Assembly (NCBI GenBank): GCA_002269645.1
Contig: NIVC01003536.1
Coordinates: 52,623 to 92,373, forward strand
DNA from: Macrostomum lignano
Taxonomy: Eukaryota
Direction: 5' to 3'
DNA: 39,751 nucleotides
Shown here: positions 36,062 through 39,751 of the stretch, piece after piece
How positions within the stretch are numbered: position 1 is the first letter of the stretch
Layout of the letters: each line of letters begins with the position of its first letter
Notes under the pieces: model-generated
What the model saw: the letters and a program-made list of their open reading frames with translations, nothing else
Databases searched by the model: none
What the model was told of the DNA's origin: nothing
Program-made: the position numbers and the translations under genes

Positions 36062-36351
36062 AGGAGTATAAAAGCCAGGTGCAAGCACGAGTGCAACTCT
36101 GCAACCAGTGTGTTTGCTACTGCCATCTCTGATGAAATCTAGTTAAAACCAGCAGATCAACGTTTGCTTAAGCCTAGATTTTGCGAGAAAAATTTTTGAT
36201 AAGTCTAAAAAACGCCACCCAGACTACTAGTGATTAGTAAGTATATAGTGAGATCCTATATAAAAGCAAGCGAAAGTAAGATAAGTTTTAGCCTTTCCAA
36301 TTTGAAGCAGATAAGACTAAGATATCAATAAGAATGAGACAAGGAGGTAGA

Positions 36352-36605
36352 TCTATGAGAACCATGAGGCCTATGAGATAGATTGATGAGATTCATAAGA
36401 TAGAGAAATTGGATTCATGAGATTGATGAGATCCATGAGATTGATGAGATCCATAGGATAGATTGATGAGATCCATAAGAGAGAATGATGCGATCCAAAA
36501 AATAGATTGATGAGAATCATAATATAGATTGATGAGATCCATGACACTGATGAGATCTACAAGATAGATTGATGAGATCCATAGGATAGATTGATGAGAT
36601 CCATA
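36352..36605. repeat. ~22-bp minisatellite
   Basis: GAGATCCATAGGATAGATTGAT-like units. Confidence 0.85.
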
Positions 36606-36874
36606 AGAAAGTCTAATAAATAACGAATTATTCAATCGCAGACGATGGTCTCTGACTTCATAAGTCCGCGAGACAACTCACCCCCAGATACAGACAGGCG
36701 TCTGGATATTGTTAATATTTTAGCTTTATAAGATGGCCAATTTGTTGTTGTGACTAACATTTCAAAAATTGGAGACAGAATGAGAATATTTACAGTTATG
36801 ACAGACACTAATAAATCAATCAATGTACTAGGGGCTTTATGGAATTTTAGGTATTGATTTACACAAATGCTCAC

Positions 36875-37198
36875 CTGCTGCGGCACAGTCCCATCGACGT
36901 GGCCACTGAAGGGTCCGTAGCCATTGTGACCAGTCGGAGGCGGCGGCGGGCCAGGCAGAGTAGGCGGCTGCCTCTGATAGCCGGCATAGCGATCGCCGCC
37001 GTTTCCATAGTAAACAGCCTGCTGCTGCTTCCAGCCATTGCCCTTGAAAGCCATGTGTGGAGCGTAGTGAGGAGGCGGCTGCGATTGTGGGTATTGCTGA
37101 CCGGGTTGGTGCAGCGACGGCCGCTGGCGAGGACCTTGGAAGCTGTTTGATGGCCTGGCTCCGCCGCCTCCGCCACCCCGGACGGAAAATTGATCCGA
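36875..37198 (-). CDS. RBMS: RBMS-family protein exon E2
   Basis: Acceptor CCCAACAG|TCG and donor CAG|GTGAGC. 108 open codons including GNGWKQQQAVYY, which resembles the MGKVWKQQMY N-terminus of RBMS1. Confidence 0.7.
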
Positions 37199-37247
37199 CT
37201 GTTGGGTGGGAATGATGCGTTGCTTTTATAGTTGGCGTGTGCGGTTG

Positions 37248-37565
37248 GATAGAGATGGGGTGAGCGTGTGGGATTGGAGATGGAGTGGGGGTGTGGGGTT
37301 GGAGAGAGATGGGGTGGGCATATGGGGTGGGCGTGTGGGATTGGAGATGGAGTGGGGGTGTGGGATTGGAGATGGAGTGGGGGTGTGGGATTAGAGATGG
37401 AGTGGGGGTGTGGGGTTGGAGAGAGATGGGGTGGGCATGTGGGGTTGGAGAGAGAGATGGGGTGGGCGTGTGGGGTTGGAAAGAGATGGGGGTTGGAGAT
37501 AAGGTGGACGACTGGGGTTGGAGAGAGATAGGGTGGGAGTGTGTGGTTTGATAGATGGGGTGGAC
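37248..37565. repeat. G-rich ~25-bp minisatellite in RBMS intron 1
   Basis: GGGGTGTGGGATTGGAGATGGAGTG-like units. Confidence 0.88.
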
Positions 37566-37655
37566 GTCAGGGATTAGAGAAAGCTGGGGAGGGCGTTCAG
37601 GGTGCGTTGGAGAGATGAGCTGCACATTGAAGGTTAGAGACACGAACACACTCAC

Positions 37656-37676
37656 CGATCTGCCAGGGTAAGACAT
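37656..37676 (-). CDS. RBMS: RBMS-family protein, first coding segment (MSYPGRS) of exon E1 (exon 37816-37656)
   Basis: Acceptor GGCCTGCAG| at 37816. An in-frame TAG lies upstream of the ATG at 37676. Donor TCG|GTGAGT, phase 0, joins E2 in frame. Confidence 0.55.
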
Positions 37677-38243
37677 TCTTGGCTTAGACTGGTGCTGATC
37701 AGCCGCAGATTCATTGGATTTCTCAGTCGGTTGAGTTGTCACCAATTTGTTGGAGTCACGGTGGTCGCCGCCGCCCCATTGCTAGGCGAGGTCGCCATCG
37801 ACAGCTGATCAAGCTTCTGCAGGCCACAGCCAGTGCAAGAACGACATGAATTTTCTTACTTTACATATTTATGCATAAGAAAACTAACGCATACTACATG
37901 TAGCCTACAAATATTCTAATAAAATAAAATCTCTTACATGGGTAACATTATCAATGGGTTCCTCTTTAGCAGAGCTTGGAGCTGCTGGAGCAGGCGAGTG
38001 TTCAAAATCTCCATCCATTTCTAGCCTGGTCTTTGGGACTGTGCTGCAGTCAGCAGTAAAGTTTGTTTTTTTAAAGTCTACAATAAATTGATTTTATAAA
38101 ATATAGCAAGCCAAAGTGAAATGAACATATATAAGTGCCAAAGTCAGAGCACATGCAGCTGAGTGAGAAAAACTGCAGCTAATGAAAGGAGCCTGGTGCT
38201 ACCCTGAGACTATATCAACTGCAACTCTACTAACTACTAGACT

Positions 38244-38415
38244 CATGCTTGGGCATAACCTAGGGATTTACCTGGCCATTTCTATTGGCAACACACACAT
38301 GTAAGTCACTATTGGACGGAATAGTAGTCACGCGACTGCTCTCAGCCAATAGCGACTTATGTGTGTGTGTTGCCAATAGAAACAGCCAAGTGATTTCCAA
38401 GGTTGCGCATGGATG
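38244..38415 (-). mobile_element. 172-bp hairpin MITE, family A copy 2, inverted relative to copy 1
   Basis: TSD ACTAGACT at 38236-38243 and 38416-38423. The sequence is a diverged reverse complement of 35886-36061. Confidence 0.88.
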
Positions 38416-38624
38416 ACTAGACTTGTTAGTTGTAAAGGGACAATTCTTTGCTCTAGGTGTAAAACCCTTCATTTAGCTATAAACATCCCTCACTGTGTTG
38501 ATAGTTTACTCTACTTATAAGATAGGTCTTAAACCTGTGTTTATTATAAACATTGCTAAATGTATCATTATTGTATTACAACATGCCATGAACCTGCAAC
38601 TTGGGAAGAATATATTGCAGTGCA

Positions 38625-38921
38625 CATACATGCGCAACGTCCAAAATTCGGTCGGCCGTGCGACTTAGTTTTAACAAAAATGCGACGTAGTTTTTGGCCA
38701 AAAATGCGACTTACATGTAAAAAAACCCTAAAGCAAAATTAACGCAACTTTGGGTAAACGGCGGGAGTAACTATGACTGTCTTATCAGGCAAAAATGCCT
38801 CGTCAGCTACTTAGTACTACTGCGTGGGTATTTTTTGGGTGGGCATTTTTGCGACTTCCTTGGTTGGCTGCCAAATCAGTCGGCCGGATCGGCCGACTCG
38901 GCCGACTGTTGCGCATGTATG
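38625..38921. mobile_element. 297-bp MITE (family B) with 14-bp perfect TIRs and 8-bp TSD, carrying a 28S rRNA fragment
   Basis: TIR CATACATGCGCAAC at 38625-38638 with its inverse at 38908-38921. TSD GCAGTGCA at 38617-38624 and 38922-38929. Confidence 0.9.
38752..38815 (+). pseudogene. 64-bp fragment of eukaryotic 28S rRNA (helix 69-71, R2/I-PpoI target region); not a functional rRNA gene
   Basis: GGGTAAACGGCGGGAGTAACTATGACTgTCTTAtcaggcaaAAATGCCTCGTCAgCTAcTTAGT versus the conserved GGGTAAACGGCGGGAGTAACTATGACTCTCTTAAGGTAGCCAAATGCCTCGTCATCTAATTAGT (recalled consensus): 53/64 identical without gaps. Confidence 0.88.
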
Positions 38922-39009
38922 GCAGTGCAACCATAAAATCCTTTTTTCTACAGGTAAATTCAGTCTCTTTATTGAGAAGCCTAGATGGCTTTGAGTTTAG
39001 AAATAATTC

Positions 39010-39751
39010 ACAATTGTCAACTATGACATCATTGATGACTCTATTGACTTTGATGATAGCTATAAAACGATTGGTTATCCAATGTTAGTCATCACTACAA
39101 ATATAAATAAAAAACTTATTATTTAGCCAAAATTAGCAAAGGTCAGTACATGCCTCATTAGAACAGACAAAAAAGATTTTAAAGCTCTGCCAAACTGTCA
39201 CAGATTTATAAGTATAGCCAACAATGGTAGAAACTACTGCATTGAGACATCTTAATTCAGAATGCCCAAAAAAAAAAATAACTCTAGAAACTTCAAAGTG
39301 AAAAACTTTGCTCTTTGTCAGGAGCATCTCTATAGCCCATGCTTTGTTTCTTGCCAAAGCAGATTGATACACTCCTATGGTCAACTAGAAAAGAGGGAGA
39401 TATGTTAGAATTGACCAAGACATTGGGAAATGCCTATATTTTGGGATTGTCAACACTTTAAAGAGGTATATACCTTTTACATTATGTAGAGAAATTGACT
39501 GCAAAATCTCTCCTCAAATTCAATCTAGATTACATACAGCTAGCAATGACAGGATCAAATACTGCTTAGACAGTTTTATTAAGAGTTCTATGCTTCTTGT
39601 GTACACCTATGCTAGTAGCTTTTTATGTCAGAATGGCAACAACAAACTTGGAGAAACTACTATATTTTCTAGTAGAGGAGCTACAATCAATTATGTAACA
39701 AAGGACCATTTGTATTTATGGTATTAGCTTCAGAGTTGGGAATGCCATATT
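39010..39751 (+). pseudogene. Decayed CACTA/EnSpm-like (CMC) transposase remnant, running off the window
   Basis: Across frameshifts it reads an acidic linker (YDIIDDSIDFDDS), LPKQIDTLLWSTRK, GKCLYFGIVNTLKR, LLKFNLD and PMLVAFY...LLYFLVEELQSI. This is the order I recall for animal EnSpm-like transposases (LPKDARTLL, YxYFG, FNIDGLP, PFxVAxY...FVxEL). Family assignment is from memory only. Confidence 0.55.

Noticed and set aside
38752-38815. Functional rRNA gene or rDNA unit
   Set aside because: Only 64 bp are present, the H69 stem is broken, and it sits inside a MITE with no flanking rDNA.

Overview
Eukaryotic (metazoan) genomic DNA. The GC-rich exons and minisatellite-stuffed introns resemble a free-living flatworm such as Macrostomum, but that is inference from style only. 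From left to right: (1) the right half of a Harbinger/PIF DNA transposon with an intact DDE transposase ORF; (2) a 4-exon, ~260-aa divergent 14-3-3 gene on + (2336-9275), whose intron 2 is a 5.1-kb array of a 31-bp repeat; (3) a CCAAT-box minisatellite between convergent 3' ends; (4) a >26-kb RBMS/MSSP/shep-family two-RRM RNA-binding protein gene on - (8 reconstructed coding exons, 37676 to 11348, ~700-730 aa), with several candidate alternative 5', linker and 3' exons. The RBMS introns hold about ten different minisatellites, a TTAA-flanked deleted piggyBac and a tRNA-like remnant. Three MITEs with shared CATACATGCGCAAC-type termini and perfect 8-bp TSDs lie in or just upstream of the gene's 5' region, and a decayed CACTA/EnSpm-like transposase sits at the right edge. 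The most unusual observation is that one MITE (38625-38921) carries a 64-bp piece of the 28S rRNA helix 69-71 region in which the 8 nt at the R2/I-PpoI cleavage site are replaced while the flanks are nearly intact. All gene models were made by eye from splice signals, phase and family motifs; no database searches were run.
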